DNA from: Octopus sinensis
Taxonomy: Eukaryota
Direction: 5' to 3'
Length of the DNA: 64,000 nucleotides
NCBI RefSeq assembly: GCF_006345805.1
Contig: NC_042997.1
Span: 167,214,001 to 167,278,000, forward strand
Shown: piece by piece, positions 26,610 to 43,034 of the stretch
Layout: each line of letters begins with the position of its first letter
Numbering within the stretch: the stretch's first letter is position 1
Translations under genes and position numbers: made by a program
The notes under the pieces: generated by a model
Databases searched by the model: none
What the model was told of the DNA's origin: nothing
The model's input: only the letters and a program-made list of their open reading frames with translations

Positions 26610-26930
26610 CATACTGTTTGTTGTTCTTCGTTTGTTCCTTCTCGAGCCACGCTTGGCTCTTAGGGCCAGTTTACTGGTTTCCTTGGCGTATAGGTTCCCC
26701 ACCTGGACGGGACGCCGGTCCGTCGCAGGTGAGCTGCTAGATGCAGGAGGAAAGAGTGAGAAAAAGTTGTAGCGAAATAGTCAACAGAAGTTCGCCATTA
26801 CCTTCTGCCAGAGTCGCGTGGAGCTTAGGTGTTTCGCTCATAAACACTCACATCGCCCGGTCTGAGATTCGAACCCGCGATCCCTCGACCGCGAGTCCAC
26901 TGCTCTAACCACTAGGCCATGTGCTTCCAC
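26610..26930 (-). mobile_element. tRNA-derived SINE (family also at 63811)
   Basis: Reverse complement tggcctagtggttagagc...ggttcgaatctc, with V/Meta-like body gcgacggaccggcgtcccgtccagg. Confidence 0.75.
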
Positions 26931-27604
26931 AAATTACACACTACCATCTTGAAAAGAAATATGTTTGTTTATTGAGCCAAGTGATGCAATGCTTGGCGAG
27001 TGAAGGACAGAAAGATTTCATTTCGAATGTCTTTTATAATATGCATTTTCTGTAATGAATCACTGGAAAATAAACAAATTTTAAGATGATGTAACAACTT
27101 TGTTGTAACTGTAGCGGCTTAATGATTCATTTATAGTCTTCTGTACCTGAATCTATGCCACTATATTTCTGTATACAATTTGGTTAAATTCGCGGAGTTA
27201 AAAATGTCTTATTCAGAGCAGTAACCCTGACCTGAGATCAGTTTTTAAAACTTCACCTTATTTCTATCGTTGAAGATCCTGAATATTCGTCAGTTAAGAT
27301 AGATACGTCAAGTAAAAGCCCTGGACAGAAGTACACCATAAACGAATATGTGATGAATGGTTTCCGTGGACTGCATCACATACACGCCACTAAATCTGTC
27401 TATGGAGAAATAAAAGTTGAATCCTTGGAAAGTCATAATGATAAGCGTCTGCAAAAACAAAAAACAAAAAAAAACAGTCAAATAAAATATATTCGTATAC
27501 TATTAAAAGAGGTGAATTGTGTGTTTCCACACAGAGCCTATCTTTGAAGAAATGTTATGGTAATCTCTCTCTCTCTTTCGGAGAGGCACTGAGCAGCTAT
27601 ACGC

Positions 27605-27765
27605 ACATATACACACACGGCAGTAACTTCCACCTACCGAATTCAATCACAAAGCTCCGGTCGGCTCGGGGCTATAGTAGAAGACACCTACCCAAAGTGC
27701 CACGCAGTGGGACTGAACCCGAAACCATGTAGCTAGGAAGCAAGCTCCCTAACCACACAGCCATG
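27605..27765 (-). mobile_element. CORE-like SINE 5' fragment
   Basis: Reverse complement ggctgtgtggttagggagc...ggttcagtcccactgcgtggcactttgggtagg. Confidence 0.65.
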
Positions 27766-28014
27766 ATCTGTCTATAACAAATATAAGCGTACTGTGGATT
27801 TTAGACTCCTTTTTTAATATCTTAGTTATACTTTCACAATCTTATGTTGTTCTCTAAGAGAAATGCACGATTTGTCGGCTGTGTTTCGCGTATAGTACTT
27901 TCCTTGCTCCATGGATTGATGTGATTCTATACATATTTGTGAGTCAGAACTTTTAATTGACTGAAATCAAATATATCATATAAATATGGCTTTATTACTT
28001 TCCAGTATATATAT

Positions 28015-28083
<69 letters not shown>

Positions 28084-28099
28084 GTATGTATGTACGTAT

Positions 28100-28270
28100 G
28101 TGTCGCTAGCCACTGCACATTCTTCATTTTTTTCTCGTTGTTTCTTTCTGTGGAAGAGCATAGGCTCGAAACGTTAAAGACTTTTTCACTTCCCGAGCGT
28201 TATACAAATACATCTGTTTGTTGTCTACACCACCTGTTTTCGCCTTTTGTTTTTTGTGAATTATTCCTGT
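28100..28270 (+). mobile_element. Penelope-tail-like repeat with a variant HHR
   Basis: CTTT-CTGTGGA-A-GAGC atag GCTC-GAA-ACGT-T-AAAG at 28144-28179. Confidence 0.6.
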
Positions 28271-28271
28271 A

Positions 28272-28395
<124 letters not shown>

Positions 28396-29334
28396 ATGAC
28401 AGTATAATGGAATGTGTGTCCGTATATATCTCTGTGTATTCGACTGCATAGATCGAGCTCATACATGTCTCTCAGGAACTCCGCTCATTGATTTGACTGC
28501 CATGAAAGTTTACTTCAAAGAAATATAACTGAGAAGAAGTTCCACAGTAATAGATTTCTCCAAAATTAATATTTTTAGAAATGTAACAGGGCTAATATTA
28601 ATTTTCTACAATTTCGTGATTTATTTAACTCTTGGAGCCTTTTTTTAGGTAAACAGTAACAGAAGTATGTAAAAATGAAGCTCAATACTGTTGTCTTTTT
28701 CATTTATGAAGACAAAGCTTTCCACTTGTTAGAAAAGAAAATATACTAGTTCTACTTTGTTTTACTATATTTCTAACAATATGTCTAGTAGTTAGCATTT
28801 CTAACATACAACTATTTTATATCAGTTTATCAGAGAAGGTATCCTACGTCCATGACATTAACAAGACTTTCTAGACTGGCAAATTTGATGCAGTTGATGC
28901 TCAGTTTCAACATCCGGAGGTCGACGTCTGCAAGAAAAATTAGTGCGAGGAAATAACTATAGACTAACATCTCTGAGGAGGGAGAATGATTTGGTAACAT
29001 AATGTCTTTAAAAAAGTGAAGGTCAACTCAATCTTCCACCTCTTTTCTGAAAACGTTGTTCACATTCTTACATGTTTAATAGTTGTTAGCAGCTAAGATA
29101 GGGATGTGCCCCAAGCGGGTTATCATACAATAGGTAGATGGATATTTTCAATCTTGAAAACTTGACCCAATAACACACAAAACTCTCACACACACGCACA
29201 CACACACACACACGCACACACACACGAACACACACGCGAAAAATGTATGTATTATGTATGTATATGTTAGTGTATGTATGTATATATGTATATATGTATA
29301 GATGTATAGATTTTTAGATTGGTAGGTAGGTAGG

Positions 29335-29384
<50 letters not shown>

Positions 29385-29385
29385 C

Positions 29386-29418
<33 letters not shown>

Positions 29419-29478
29419 GTCCAGATTTCTACATCCTTACATTTCCTCTTTTACATCCCTACATCACACACACGCACG

Positions 29479-29511
<33 letters not shown>

Positions 29512-30948
29512 GTATGTTGGTATGTATATATTTGTTTTGGAAAGCAAAACAAAGAATATATTACAATATACACGACAACAACAATAGCAACAACGTAGTA
29601 CAAACAGCTGATAGTAGCTCGTCGCCATTATGGACACCATTGTATCTGTGTTGTTTTAAAATATAACTAAACAACACGAAAGAAGCTAAACATTGAATAA
29701 CACTGTTTCCTCTATTTGTTTACAAACTGATTCCTCTACTTAACATTTGTAAGTTTTACAGAAGTCAGTCAATTTATACCTCCGCCTAAACATTCAAATG
29801 TTGTGTTGACTTTACATCTCTCAGCTCCGTTCAATAGTTCCCAAAGACACCTGGAAGTACTTAGCTTAGTTTTGGTTTGTTGATTCACGTCCCCAGCTCT
29901 AGCAAAACCTCATAAACCCACCAAAAAAGGACCGTTTACAATACATCTCCACTTCAGCACAACATCCATTGAAATACAACCCCTACACAACACCGCCACA
30001 ACACATCTCCATCACAAAACGACTTTTTCAAAAAATAAAAAGCTTACTATTTAAGCTACATCATACAAAACGTAAACAAATGCGTTTTCGTTTTGAAGTG
30101 GCGAGTGTGGACATATGCTCTGTTTGCGGACCGGAGATGTGGTAACGGTACTTCAAACTTATGTAGAACCCTTTCTTTTTAACTTACTTCACTGATACCA
30201 TTAAGATATTCGTGATCCTCACAATTTACGATTTCTGTCTCTTTCAAGATATGGTAGTATCTTTGAATATTGTTGAAAATATCTCTGATCTGACTTGTAC
30301 TTGTTTTTGCTTCGTGATCTTGTCTATTTTTTGCATTCTTACTTAAATAGAATGGCTTATTTTAATAGCAGTGGTTCAGATTGTTGATCAAGGATGAAAG
30401 GCTTTCCGCCTGTACATATTCATACAGAGAAACTAGGACCATATTATCCGGTATGTCTTTCTAAGACGGCTGTGATTTGAGGGCTATTTGGCCGCTATAT
30501 CTAACAATTCGGGAGACCATGTAGAAGCTTCCTCGTTTAAGAAGTATTTAATAAGTTTGTGTGACATCCATGAGTTTGTAAAATAAATGAGTGAATTACA
30601 ATCAAAACCGAGACGCAGTCTCAGTCTAGCTGGAGTTTCATTTTTAACATACAGCGCTCGCCTAGGTTCAACAACTCTATACTTTAGGGAGAGGAAATTA
30701 GAAGAGTGACAATCAATCTACATTTCCCCACAGGCTGATTTAAGTTAGATAGTTTGTGCAGTGAGGAGACGCAAATTCTGATATTACAAGCAAAAAGAGA
30801 AGGAATTTCCTTTTTCTGTTCTTTTAAAACTTTTCGTAAAAATAAAATCCTGTGCTGCTTCAGGTTAAACATTACAAGAGCAGAAGTTCACAGATTTTGA
30901 TAAGTAGTAAATATCAAGTAAAATGTCTTCTATACATACATACATACA

Positions 30949-31497
30949 TGGTGGCTGCCCCCTTGTTATCGAGTATGGTCATTGCACGAAGCTTAATCAA
31001 TGTTGTTATCGTGCAATGCCTGTGCAAGATTTTTTTTTAAGTGAGGAAAGGCTGTGCACTGAGTCAATCCCACTCACTAAGCAACAGCAGCTATAATCCG
31101 AAAAGAAGAACAAGTCAACATCATCGGTAACCACTAAGCCGCAGGTTTTATGTCAGAGTTATCCCATTTACCTGAGTTACCTTCTCCTAGAAGGATGCCC
31201 TAACAAAGGCTAGGAGTCCTTCACTCCCAATGGTTTAACCACGCGATCGGGTATTCAGTCCGATTATTTCTATGTCCCCGCGCATGATACAGCCTGAAGA
31301 CATTTATTGAATGGCCGTTGACTCTCAAGAGTTCCTCCGCTCTTTGACGGGTTTTGTTTTTCATCCCGCAGGGTGTCCAATAAACACCCTCCTCACCAAG
31401 CAAGCTTGGTGGAGTTGCCGGTTTAGTCGCCGACTACCCGACCATGCAACAGGTTGTACTGGGTTACATGTTACTAGTAGCACTCGAAAATGACCTG
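30949..31497. mobile_element. ~550-bp hairpin-rich non-coding element bounded by (CATA)n
   Basis: Hairpins CATTGCACGA/TCGTGCAATG, GGGTGT/ACACCC and ACCAAGC/GCTTGGT. Microsatellite at both ends. Confidence 0.4.
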
Positions 31498-31520
31498 ACA
31501 TACATACATACATACATACA

Positions 31521-31614
<94 letters not shown>

Positions 31615-31624
31615 ATATACAAGG

Positions 31625-31932
31625 AGCACTCTGTCGGTTACGACGACGAGAGTCCCAGCTGATACGATCATCGGAACAGCTTGCTCGTGAAATTAACTTG
31701 CAAGTGGCTAAGCACTGCACAGACACATGTACCCTTAACCTAGGGAGATTCAGTGTGACACAGAGTGTGACAAGGCTGGCCATTTGAAATACAGGTAGTA
31801 CTCATTTTTGCCAGTTGAGTGGACTGGAGCGATATATGAAATAAAGTGTCTTGCTGAAGGACTCAACGCGTTGCCGGGAATTGAACTCACGATCGTGATC
31901 CGAATGCCCTAACTACTAAGCCACGTGCCTTC
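31625..31932 (-). mobile_element. tRNA-derived SINE
   Basis: Reverse complement tggcttagtagttagggc...gagttcaattccc...cagcaagacactttatttc. Confidence 0.7.
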
Positions 31933-31960
31933 CCTATATATATATATGTGTGTGTGTGTT

Positions 31961-32024
<64 letters not shown>

Positions 32025-32316
32025 CATATACATGCAGAAATACCAGATCTTACAAATGTTTACAGATACACATACACACAAACGCACACATTCACACACA
32101 CACAGATGTAATCAGAAACACCCAAATAGAGATTTATGTATACACGCTACTCATACATTAAATATAATCAGTAATGTATCTCGACTAGGACTAATCGACG
32201 TCTTAATATATAAACACATACATAAAATAAATACGCAATACTATAAATTGTATATATACATTACACATACATTAAAAAGTTGTTTAACTTGCATATGTGT
32301 GTGTTAAGGGAGAAAT

Positions 32317-32502
<186 letters not shown>

Positions 32503-32513
32503 GTACGTAGTCG

Positions 32514-32707
32514 CCATGATAGATCGTTAGCCACTACATACATTTATTTCTCTCCTTGTTTCTCTCCTTGTTTATTCTGTGTCCCTTTGTGTAGAAGAGT
32601 GCAGGCTCGAAACGTAAAAGACTTTTTCCATTCCTGAGCTTTATACTAGTACATCTGTTTGTTTTGTACACCATCTGACTTCGTCTTTTGCTTTTTTCGT
32701 ATACTCT

Positions 32708-32712
<5 letters not shown>
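32514..32712 (+). mobile_element. Penelope-tail-like repeat with a variant HHR
   Basis: cttt gtgtaga a gagt gcag gctc gaa acgt a aaag at 32585-32620. Ends in (TA)n. Confidence 0.6.
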
Positions 32713-32764
<52 letters not shown>

Positions 32765-32778
<14 letters not shown>

Positions 32779-33268
32779 TCTAGTTGTGTGAGTGTCTGTC
32801 CCCTTCGATTTAGATTCCTAACTCCTCCCACATTTTGCGGTGCAGTTTAACCAAATTCGGGTATCTTATAGTCGTGATTCATATCGAGCTCGTCTGACTA
32901 TTAGCGCGCGTCAACGATGAGTCTACGATTTTAAAAATAATTTAACATCATTTTTTATTCCATTTTAATGCATAAAATGCATCGTATGTCGATGGCGGCG
33001 GAGTTGGCGTCCACGCTCACAGCTGCACCTGTTTGCTTCTCCCCCTTCCCTCCCTCGTGAAGCTGTGGGGAAGGGAGTGTAAAGAAATCAACGTCGTAAT
33101 GCGTTGTGAAGGAAACCAGCGTTCTTTTAGAACAACGACTTCATGGCTTGAAGACACCAAAACAAAAATGGCTAAGAAAGCCCGAATTTATAAGGGAAGT
33201 AACTCTCTAAAAATGCTTATATAGTTATTTCCCTTACAAACCCGAGCAACGCCGGGCGATACTGCTAG
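32765..33268 (+). mobile_element. Non-autonomous Helitron
   Basis: 3' hairpin CCCG-agcaacgc-CGGG (33241) followed by CTAG|T at 33265-33269. 5' tatatataaaa merges with (TA)n. Confidence 0.7.
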
Positions 33269-34124
33269 TATATATATATATTGTAACGCCTTTTATTCTA
33301 CATAGGAAATAGCAAAGCAGCAAACCCAGTTTATTGTGCACTCTTGTAGATTCCGACTTAAAGATGCAGTCCTAATGCCTTTTCAGAAATAATTATGTTA
33401 AACACTCTTAGCATAGCCAAACGTGTAGTAATCGAAGCGCTATGCAGCTGAAATTCTTTGCATTAATATAAATAATTTGAATTCCATGACGTTTCGCCGA
33501 TTTTCGATACTACATAATTTTACTGTCGCTAATTCTTGAACTCGGGATAAATTAAGAGTTTTTTGTATTTCCGTTCAGCAGATGACATCTTTGACTTTCT
33601 GCAATATCAACCACTTTAAAGAAATACGATCGTGTTTCGCCCGATAAAAGATATGCTTTATAATCATATATAGATATACATATATACAAACATATATGTG
33701 TGTACGAGGGTCAAAGAACATATATGTAGACTATTGATTAGTCTATAGGGCTTACAATTATTAGGTTGTAGATTCGATTCATAGACCGGGTGGTGTGTTG
33801 TGTCATTCAGTAATGCAATTCATTTCATGATACTCCATTATACACTGTTAAAATGAGCATTAACCTTGCGGTTGTAGAACTCTTTCTCCCACTCACTGTC
33901 ATATCCCAGATAGATTGCGGAGTCAAGCGTACGAGTGCCGAGAGGTTGCCTATAACTGCTTACTACTGACTACACAGACACCTATGACAGTTACAGAAAA
34001 ATCGTACACGCTTGCAAGTGACGATTATGTGATACATAAATACATACACACACATATGTCGGGCTAAATTTGACGATTTTTTGTTTTCTTTTTTTCCTTC
34101 TGGAACAGCTTAATGTATTGGTAA

Positions 34125-34385
34125 ACACTCAAGGGCGGTGGAGGGCATAAAGATTAAATTGTAGTTGTGAAAAGTTAGTTGAGATGGAGGAATGGAAGCC
34201 ATTTGAATATTGGGAAAGAGTTACCAGATGATTCGCGCCGGGTATCAAGATGCCGGCATTATGACTACTGTTCAGTGTTCTGTTAACACTATAAGGGCAG
34301 TAAGACATGATATGGACAGCTGCAACGGCGACTAATAACTGTGTGAAGTAGGAAGGGACGCAACAGGTGTCTAACTGCGTCTGCA
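34125..34385 (-). mobile_element. CR1-like LINE 3' remnant
   Basis: Minus-strand VAVAA...RTLNSSH...NHLVTLSQYS resembles the CR1 C-terminus. Confidence 0.45.
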
Positions 34386-34389
34386 CGCC

Positions 34390-34925
34390 GAAATACTTCC
34401 AACAAATGATGAACAGAGCCTCAGGCTTAATTCAGACTGTTATGTGAAGCCGCTGGAGACTGTAGTCAAATCTTAGCTGGAAAGAGTTGCTGTTGTGAGG
34501 CCATATGTGTAGCAGCATGGTCAGTTTCCTTGCCAGTTAGAAGTGACTGTTAGATAATTTCTACGACTTTACCAGCTCCTAATCTCCCAATTGTAATCCC
34601 ATGGATTACTATGTGTGGGGTATAGTTGAGAAAGACACCAATTGTTCTGCCTGCATCACCAAAGTCGAGCTGGTGGCCAAGATCAAAAAGATATTCAAAG
34701 ATCTTCTCGGGGGCACAGTGAGGATGGCATACGCCGGATTCGAGAGCCGTCTGGAGGCCGTGGCGAAGATGATTGCTGCTATTTTGAGTAAACTGTTACC
34801 TCCCAGCCATAATCTACTTGATAATTTTTGATTTTTTAAATACCTTTAATTTTGGTTGTGATATTGTGTGTGTGTGTGGGGGGGTCTGTTTCCTGTAAAC
34901 TGTCAAATTCAGCTCCCACATCCCG
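34390..34925 (+). mobile_element. maT-like transposon 3' fragment
   Basis: SPNCNPMDYYVWGIVEK (ORF 34601-34831). Confidence 0.7.
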
Positions 34926-35584
34926 TATATATACTTACATACTCGAGGATATCAAGCATGGAGTGAGAGGGTATCAAACAGGGAGTCAGAACCACATTTG
35001 AATGTTAAATTTTCTTTAACTGTGCATTAATAATGCTACAAAAGCTTTCATGTGGAAGGAATTTCCACAATGTTCAAGCGATCCATTTACAAATGTAGAT
35101 AATCGCTTCCATTTTGGATGGAAACGACTACCAACATTTTAAGTCGATCGCTTCAAATCGTTCCGCATGAAATCAATGGTAATACTGTAGATTCGCAGAG
35201 TATATATATTTGAGTGTGCGTGTGTGTGTACATAACTCATACATACATACATACATACATACATGCACACATACATACATACATACATACATACATACAT
35301 ACATACATACATACATACACACATACATACACACACACATACATACATACATACATACATACACACACACACATACATACATACATACATACATACATAC
35401 AACATACATACATACATACATACATACATACATACATACATACATACATGCGTGCATACATACCGATAATCTTGGCTAAATTCCTACCTGAAAAGTCAGT
35501 TACGAAAGAACACTAACATTGCAAAGTGATTCATAGAGTATCTTAGAGATTTTAGTATATCATACCAGTATTTTATACAATATA

Positions 35585-35985
35585 GGCGCAGGAGTGGCTG
35601 TGTGGTAAGTAGCTGGCTAACCAACCACATGCTTCCGGGTTCAGTCCCACTGCGTGGCATCTTGGGCAAGTGTCTTCTGCTATAGCCTCGGGCCGACCAA
35701 AGCCTTGTGAGTGGATTTTGGTAGACGGAAACTGAAAGAAGCCTGTCGTATATATGTATATATATATATGTGCATGTGTGTGTATATGTTTGTGTGTCTG
35801 TGTTTGTCCCTCTAGCATTGCTTGACAACCGATGCTGGTGTGTTTACGTCCTCGTCACTTAGCAAAAGAGACCGATAGAATAAGTACTGGGCTTACAAAG
35901 AATAAGTCCCTGGGTCGATTTGCTCGATTAAAGGCGGTGCTCCAGCATGGCCGCAGTCAAATGACTGAAACATGTAAACGAGTAA
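35585..35985 (+). mobile_element. CORE-like tRNA SINE (octopus OR-type)
   Basis: ggcgcaggagtggctgtgtggtaag...ggttcagtcccac...cttgggcaagtgtcttc. Same family at 44030 (-), 62741 and 63210. Confidence 0.8.
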
Positions 35986-36144
35986 ACGACATAAGTGCGT
36001 GTGTGTATATTTATAGAAATGCATACATACATGCATATGTTAGGTGTGTGTGTGTGTATAAGGATATTATTGTTTACAATAATATCAGTGGCATAGCATG
36101 CGTAAAAAATACCACGAGGTAAAAAATTATTAATTAATAATTAA

Positions 36145-36903
36145 GGGTACTACAGGTAGCCTCGGCACACTAAAAATAGCAGTCAAAATGAAACTACAAC
36201 CAGAAATCTTCACTGATGCACATTAATTGAAGTCGGGGGAATGAGCATAAATTCGAAGCCCGCATAACAATAACGAAAAGAATAGTAAATTGAAAATCCA
36301 GACATACCCGTATCATCACGATTTCGAACTTTGTGCAAGTGCCACTTAGTTCTCATCAGCGAGTCTCACGGACCCAAAGGTCATAGAACTTGCCCATATC
36401 AACAAATGTGCGCGATGACCGTTTTTAATGCTGCGGGAAATAAAAAAAGTGATCGGAGTGAATAATAAATCATAAAAATGTATTTAAGGATATGATTATT
36501 TACAATAATATCAAATGATATAGCACGCATAAAAAAATACCATGAGGTAAAAAAATTATTAATTAAATATTTAAGGTCACAAGTAGCACCGACACGCTAA
36601 AAATAGCAGTCAGAAGACAACTATAACCACATATTTTCACTGATATACATTAACTGAAGTTGAGAAAATGAGGAAAAATTCTAAACCCCCGGACAAATTA
36701 CGAGAATAATCGTAAATTGAAAAGCTAGACATACCCGTAGCGTCACGATTTCGAACTTTGTGGAAGTGCCACTTAGGTATATTATTGCTATGGGGGTTTG
36801 CTCATTTCCCCGACTTCAATTAATGTGTATCAGTGAAATTGTGTGGTTGTAGTTGTCTTCTGACTGTCATTTTTAGCATGCTGGTGCTACCCCTGTAATA
36901 CCC
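36145..36903. mobile_element. MITE with TTAA-GGG...CCC-TTAA ends (Kolobok- or Harbinger-like), with an internal ~427-bp duplication
   Basis: ttaa|gggtactacagg at the left pairs with cctgtaataccc|ttaa at the right, giving ~120-bp TIRs. Segment ~36061-36352 is repeated at ~36488-36775. Confidence 0.65.
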
Positions 36904-37371
36904 TTAACTATTAATATGTGTGTGCATACATATATACATATATGCACACACATACACACATATATATATATATATACATTGCCCCCACCCTCCACCTAAC
37001 CACATACCTCCAACTCTACCTCCACCCTCAGTCTAATTCATACCCCACCATTGCTTTACCCACTCTCGTCTCCCCACCTCCGAACACCATCACACCACAT
37101 CACACACCACTACACCATTCACCACGATGCCACACAACACATCACTTCACAACATACCACCACGCACACACCAGCATTGACCACTTCCCAGACCCACATT
37201 TTCCCACCTACACATACACACACGCACACGTCAGGATCACCAGCCCTCTTCCACACGCACAAACAAACTCTCTTATACACACACACGCGCACCTTCATTT
37301 TGGGATCACCACTACTTTATTATCTCCCCTTCTACCTAGCTCTCCTGTCTGACTCTTCTGTCCGGCATTCA

Positions 37372-37670
<299 letters not shown>

Positions 37671-37687
37671 CATACATAATACATACA

Positions 37688-37788
<101 letters not shown>

Positions 37789-37843
37789 CATTTATATACA
37801 TTCGTACACATACATATATGTATTTATAATTGATAAATAAATA

Positions 37844-37946
<103 letters not shown>

Positions 37947-38419
37947 TTTCTGTAAAATTAAGCATTCACAAAGTTTCGCATGCACAGAAATTACGTCTGT
38001 AATCCTTCTAATGTATTTTATGAATGGAGTTGGAAAGCCGTAAAATCTCCTCACGCAATTGAAAATGCTGCAAGTCTGGAAAACTAAAATGTTAAACAGA
38101 TGACCCGGTTAAGGTGTAAGTATATACGTAAATCAGAGAAACTACTGCATGTGTTTCATAACCAAGAATTTCTCGAATTTGTATTATTTGCTTCTGTATG
38201 TACACTCGGCTGAAAATTATCCATTCATGACACGCATCTAAAAGATCACAACGATCACACATTCTTTACATGTAGTGAATCATTACATGATTAGCTACAA
38301 ATATTCTATAAGGTCTGCCATATTTATAACTTGAGTTTTCTACTTACATTCATTCGCATGAATGTATCTGTGCTTGTGTATGTGTGTGCGCGCGCACACA
38401 CACGCGTAGATAGACAGAT

Positions 38420-38466
<47 letters not shown>

Positions 38467-39105
38467 ATGAATGAAAGAATGAATGGATGGATGAAGGTAT
38501 AAAGTGTATATGTATATGTGTATGTATATAACACTACAGCTGTTACTAGTACTGCCAAATTTGTGAAATGCATAGAATTGGGGGAAAATAAACAATGAAT
38601 GGCTTGGTAGTTTGGAAAACACAGAAAAATACTCTGTTAAATATTTTACATGGAAAGCAACTGGGAACGTTGGCACTAACACAATGTAGGAAAACAAAAA
38701 GTTATGAATAATTAAAATTATTCTAAAAGAGCTTATTTGGTTTCAACCATTATGACTTCTGGTTAGGCTTGTAGAACATTTTTATATACTTTTCTATTTG
38801 AATTTTCTACCTGCATTTTGAGTCATCCTACTGAAGGAGAATGTGAGACAGAGAGAGGCGTATCTATGTGGTGTCTATCTTACATTTTTGATTCCTATAG
38901 GTAAAGTCATAAACCAGGGATTCACGAAAAGTGAAGCCATTGTGCAATAGTATTTTTTATTTGACTGTCAGCTGACGGGAGCTTTGGCAATTAATGCTAT
39001 CTTTCCGTTATCTTTTTATCCGATGATATATTACGAAGTTTGGTACTTTATCCTCAAGAATCTTACAGATGTAGATGACTTGCACTTTCTCTCTTTCCGT
39101 TTCTC

Positions 39106-39140
<35 letters not shown>

Positions 39141-39533
39141 CCGCCTTTCTCCCCTCTCTCGGTCAGATTCTTATGAGCAAAGCCTCAGGATTAAGTGACG
39201 CCGCTTTGATTGAAGCATTTCTATAGTCTTACAGGCAAATATATTTTTTTAGGCTGAACAATTTTGAGTTGTAATCTATACTGCCATTAGTCAATGTTTG
39301 CTATGATGGCAACTATACTGATGGGTCATTAATTGAAAATAGGCAAACACAAATCACCTTTCTCTGAATTCTTGAAGCATGTAACTTATGTAGACACAAC
39401 ACCTGTTCTCTTACTCCTCCTATAGAAATACTCTTCTCAATAACGACTGCCTTTCGGAGTCGGTAGAATATATTCCGCCCAAGTACTGGAACAGATTTAA
39501 TCGACTAACTGCTGGGCCTATATATAAATTAGA

Positions 39534-40856
<1,323 letters not shown>

Positions 40857-40885
40857 AATAATAATAATATAATAATAATATAATA

Positions 40886-40929
<44 letters not shown>

Positions 40930-40930
40930 T

Positions 40931-40967
<37 letters not shown>

Positions 40968-40998
40968 TAATAATAATAATAATTATAATAATAATAAT

Positions 40999-41058
<60 letters not shown>

Positions 41059-41065
41059 TAATATA

Positions 41066-41106
<41 letters not shown>

Positions 41107-41173
41107 TAATAATAATAATAATAAAAGATGGGCTACAGCAAATATTCTGCTCAATACCACAGATTTGATGATG

Positions 41174-41205
<32 letters not shown>

Positions 41206-41206
<1 letters not shown>

Positions 41207-41773
41207 TGCCCTGATGCAGTATATGCTCTGATGCCGTATATGCCCTGCTATTGTACCAGGCAGTACCATGGCTTCTGATTGTTCTGCCTGGAAGTGTCGT
41301 CATGTACATTGTTTTGTCTTGGGATAAAAGATCAGTTACAGCAAATATTCTGCTCAATACCACAGATTTGCTTGTCAGTTATTTGACTTTAACCAGTTGA
41401 GAATGTCTCTTCGTGTGTGACGATATGTGCATCTCTGATCACGAACAGAAGTAGTGGGGGAACATCATAGCCATGTGTTGAGAGGGATTCTTTGGGGTTT
41501 GAATAATTCACCTCTGTAAACATAGTTGTTTCGTTCATCATTCTTAAAGAAACCTTATTCAGGGCCTTTTTGAGCGGGATGGGCTACTCAACCTGATGAA
41601 AATTCTAACTGGGCCCCACCTGCAAGATCATGCGCTGTTTATTTTGACTTGAGGTCACCATGTCGCGTACATATGGTTGTGATGCGTGTTTCTGGAGTAC
41701 CTTTATCAGACGGGTAGTCATGATAGGTATATTCGGCTTTATATAATTGTACCCCAGTGTCATTTTGATGGCA
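41206..41773 (+). mobile_element. ~560-bp non-coding TAA-associated repeat (copies 43095-43648, 49099-49563, 49597-50153; stub 41124-41164)
   Basis: Shared body aaagatgggctacagcaaatattctgctc...gggccccacctgcaag. Three copies share the 3' end ctctc(a/c)ctc-aataataat. Confidence 0.8.
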
Positions 41774-41778
41774 TGAGC

Positions 41779-42940
41779 TGCTTGGCCTAGACAACTACCT
41801 GAAAAACTCCGAGTATTGGATGTTAAAACTTGTCTCAAAGCATGAAAAAAAGAAAGCATCATACTCAGTAACAAAACAGACAAAGTAATATCTAAGGGAA
41901 TTCCGAATACAACAAATTCCAGAATTTGACGTACTAGAAACAAGCGCAGAAAAAGTTAAGCGCATGAAAACCCGTGCTAAAAATACTGCCTTAGATATTC
42001 TAACTGATAAATGGCAAGAAAAACCTCTCAATGGCAAATACCCAAAGAGAGCAAATAATACCGATGTTGACAAAGCCCTTACCCATCAATGGCTAATAGC
42101 TTCTGGTTTAAAATCAGAAACAGAAGGATTTATCATAGCAGCTCAAGATCAATGCCTACCAATAAGAAACTACCAGGCCAACATATAAAAGCACGGCAGC
42201 TACCCAGTATGTTGTGTATGCCAACAACAAAATGAGACCATTGATCATGTCGTTTCCATGTGCAGTTTTCTTGCGCCTATAGAGTATCTCAACACGCATG
42301 ATAGAGCTGCACAATATATTCACTGGGTAATTTGCAAAAACCTGGACTTGCCCCATGATAAAAACTGGTGGGAACACAAACCACCGCCAGTGCTTGAAAA
42401 TGATCACATCTCACATTTCTCGAACTTCATCATTCAAACTGACAGAAAGATAAATGCGAATAGGCCGGACATAATATTGAAAGGCTTCAAACAAATATCA
42501 TACCTCCTCATTAATATGACTCTCCCAATCGATATAAACGTATCTGTCAAGACCTACCAATAACTGAGCAAGTATAAAGATCTTGAAATAGAAATTAGCA
42601 AAATGTGAATCCTGAAGACTAAAACGATACCTGTTGTCATAGGTGCCATAGAAATGATAGAAAAGGGGCTGATTACTACCTAGCTCAAATACCAGGAAAC
42701 ACCAAAATGGCAGAAATTCAAAAGGTACTGCTCATGGTATAAGTAAAATATTTTCTATGTAATTTCAAATTTTTAAAACAAATACATAATTTTTCTTATG
42801 GTTTCTTAAACATTCTCTAGAACAACACTATATATGGCACCCTAGGCATAACACCAACATGAACTTCTAACCTGTTGTCTCTTGAGGTCTCTGGGTGAGA
42901 CTTGAAGCCAACTTGTACAGCTGCAAAGCAAATGACAAAT
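41779..42940 (+). mobile_element. R4/Dong-type RLE LINE, 3' part (family 2), degraded
   Basis: WQEKPLNGKYP, GLKSETEGFIIAAQDQ, HDRAAQYIHW, ANRPDII and KLSKYKDLEIEI. Followed by (TAA)n. Confidence 0.85.
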
Positions 42941-42942
42941 AA

Positions 42943-43034
<92 letters not shown>

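Noticed and set aside
39355-39425. Possible minus-strand small exon (tag|GGVREQVLCLHKLHASRIQRK|gt)
   Set aside because: Splice-like dinucleotides are frequent by chance and there is no homology.
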